Below, piece after piece: positions 63,054-64,000 of a DNA stretch of 64,000 bases. Position 1 is the stretch's first letter. Each line of letters starts with the position of its first letter. The position numbers and the translations under genes are program-made. This DNA is from Trichormus sp. ATA11-4-KO1 (GTDB taxonomy: Bacteria; Cyanobacteriota; Cyanobacteriia; Cyanobacteriales; Nostocaceae). Under the pieces are notes generated by a model. It searched no databases, was not told where the DNA came from, and worked only from the letters and a program-made list of their open reading frames with translations. Where the stretch lies: the NCBI GenBank assembly GCA_019358915.1, contig JAHHIM010000023.1, forward strand, positions 12,317 to 76,316. The letters are read 5' to 3'.

Positions 63054-63365
63054 GGAAAAGTTGATGAAACTCTCGCTCTGATTTCTCCACTTAAAGCTAA
63101 AGCGGCTCAAAACTTTTGCCAGTATTTGTCAACCCATCGCCATCGAATTATCAATTATGATTATTATCAAACCGAAGGTATTTGCTCTATCGGTTCTGGT
63201 GCCATCGAGTCTACTATCAAACAGATAGATCGGCGATTAAAAATATCGGGAGCACAATGGAACGAATCTAATGTCTCTCAAGTCCTCAGGCATCGCTGTG
63301 CTTATCTTAATGACAAGCTTTAGGTGCTACTAGTTCTTTTGTTCTAACAAAGTTGAGATGCTCCC
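63054..63365 (+). mobile_element. ISKra4-family transposase 3' remnant with right terminal repeat
   Basis: GKVDE...RIINYDYYQ..ICSIGSGAIESTIKQIDRRLKISGAQW; end sequence aaagttgagatgctccc at 63349-63365. Confidence 0.82.
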
Positions 63366-63839
63366 AATTGTCTCAAAGGCAAACCTGAACATTTGGGTAT
63401 TGAAGTCATTAAAGAATACGGAAAACTACCACTTATAGAGTGCTATGCCGGACAACTAAATCAGGTATTTATGAATATTTTAACTAATGCTATAGATGCG
63501 TTAGAAGAACGAGACCAACAACGCACTTGGCAGCAAATAAAACCCTCTTCTAGCAGAATTTATATTCGTACACAAATGCTGAATGAGCATCAAATTAGTA
63601 TCAAAATCAGAGATAATGCTCTAGGCATACCAGAAAATATAAAACAACTAATTTTTGATCCTTTCTTTACCACAAAACCAATTGGTAAAGGAACAGGCAT
63701 GGGTATGTCTATTAGCTACCAGATTATTACCAAAAATCATGGTGGTAATCTTTATTATATTTCATATCCAGGTCAAGGAACAGAATTTGTGATTGAGATT
63801 CCTCTAAAACAGCAGGTCAAATCTTATAGTAGGGGATAG
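63366..63839 (+). pseudogene. Histidine kinase HATPase C-terminal remnant
   Basis: QLNQVFMNILTNAIDA, FDPFFTTKPIGKGTGMGMSI; no HisKA or sensor domain; frame begins at the IS end. Confidence 0.85.
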
Positions 63840-63856
63840 ATGTGAAAGTCTTTTGA

Positions 63857-63995
63857 TGTCTGCTAACACTTTATTGTCAGTGGGACGATAACTTGTCCAT
63901 AAATGGAAGCATAAGTTGTCCTAAATAAGTTCTATTGAATCTAATTCTGCGTGTTTTTATCACACATTTTTTGACAATTGGAAGCATAAATTGTC
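63857..63995 (+). mobile_element. Probable Tn7-family transposon end (TGT terminus plus TnsB-like sites)
   Basis: TGT-N5, then 14-mers ending TTGTC at 63865, 63884, 63907 and 63982. Confidence 0.55.
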
Positions 63996-64000
63996 TAAAC

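Noticed and set aside
63841..63860. TGT at 63841 as the transposon terminus
   Set aside because: TGT at 63857 gives the expected TGT-N5-site geometry; the sequence after 63841 matches the repeat poorly.

Overview
Chromosomal window from a filamentous, most likely heterocyst-forming (Nostocales) cyanobacterium. Evidence: dense HIP1 octamers (GCGATCGC), heptamer tandem repeats (STRR), cyanophycin genes, flavodiiron proteins and phycobiliprotein factors. Most of it is core genome: crtD; a bicA-nhaS3-mnhCDEFG-DUF4040-mnhB bicarbonate/Na+ operon with an ATAG-N8-CTAT (CcmR/NdhR-type) box; M16 peptidase; nblB; a group 2 sigma factor; carB; dps; malQ; rodZ; cdsA; cbiT; tatA; cphBA; trmD-ispF; argH; coaX; flv3-flv1; an RND pump. 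Accessory or decayed material includes gene fragments at 3.8-4.45 kb, a ParDE pair, an RHH gene plus a TAG-interrupted membrane gene, two PEP-CTERM surface proteins (one behind a Pho box), MITE-like and nested small repeats, and at the right edge an ISKra4 remnant fused to a truncated histidine kinase. The best leads are a probable Tn7-family/CAST-type transposon end in the last ~145 bp (the element body would lie outside the window), tandem identical-loop hairpins in the cphB leader, a highly basic 54-aa protein missed by the ORF track, and structured leaders on both PEP-CTERM genes. I found no CRISPR array, rRNA or tRNA. All family calls are by eye and from memory; no searches were run.
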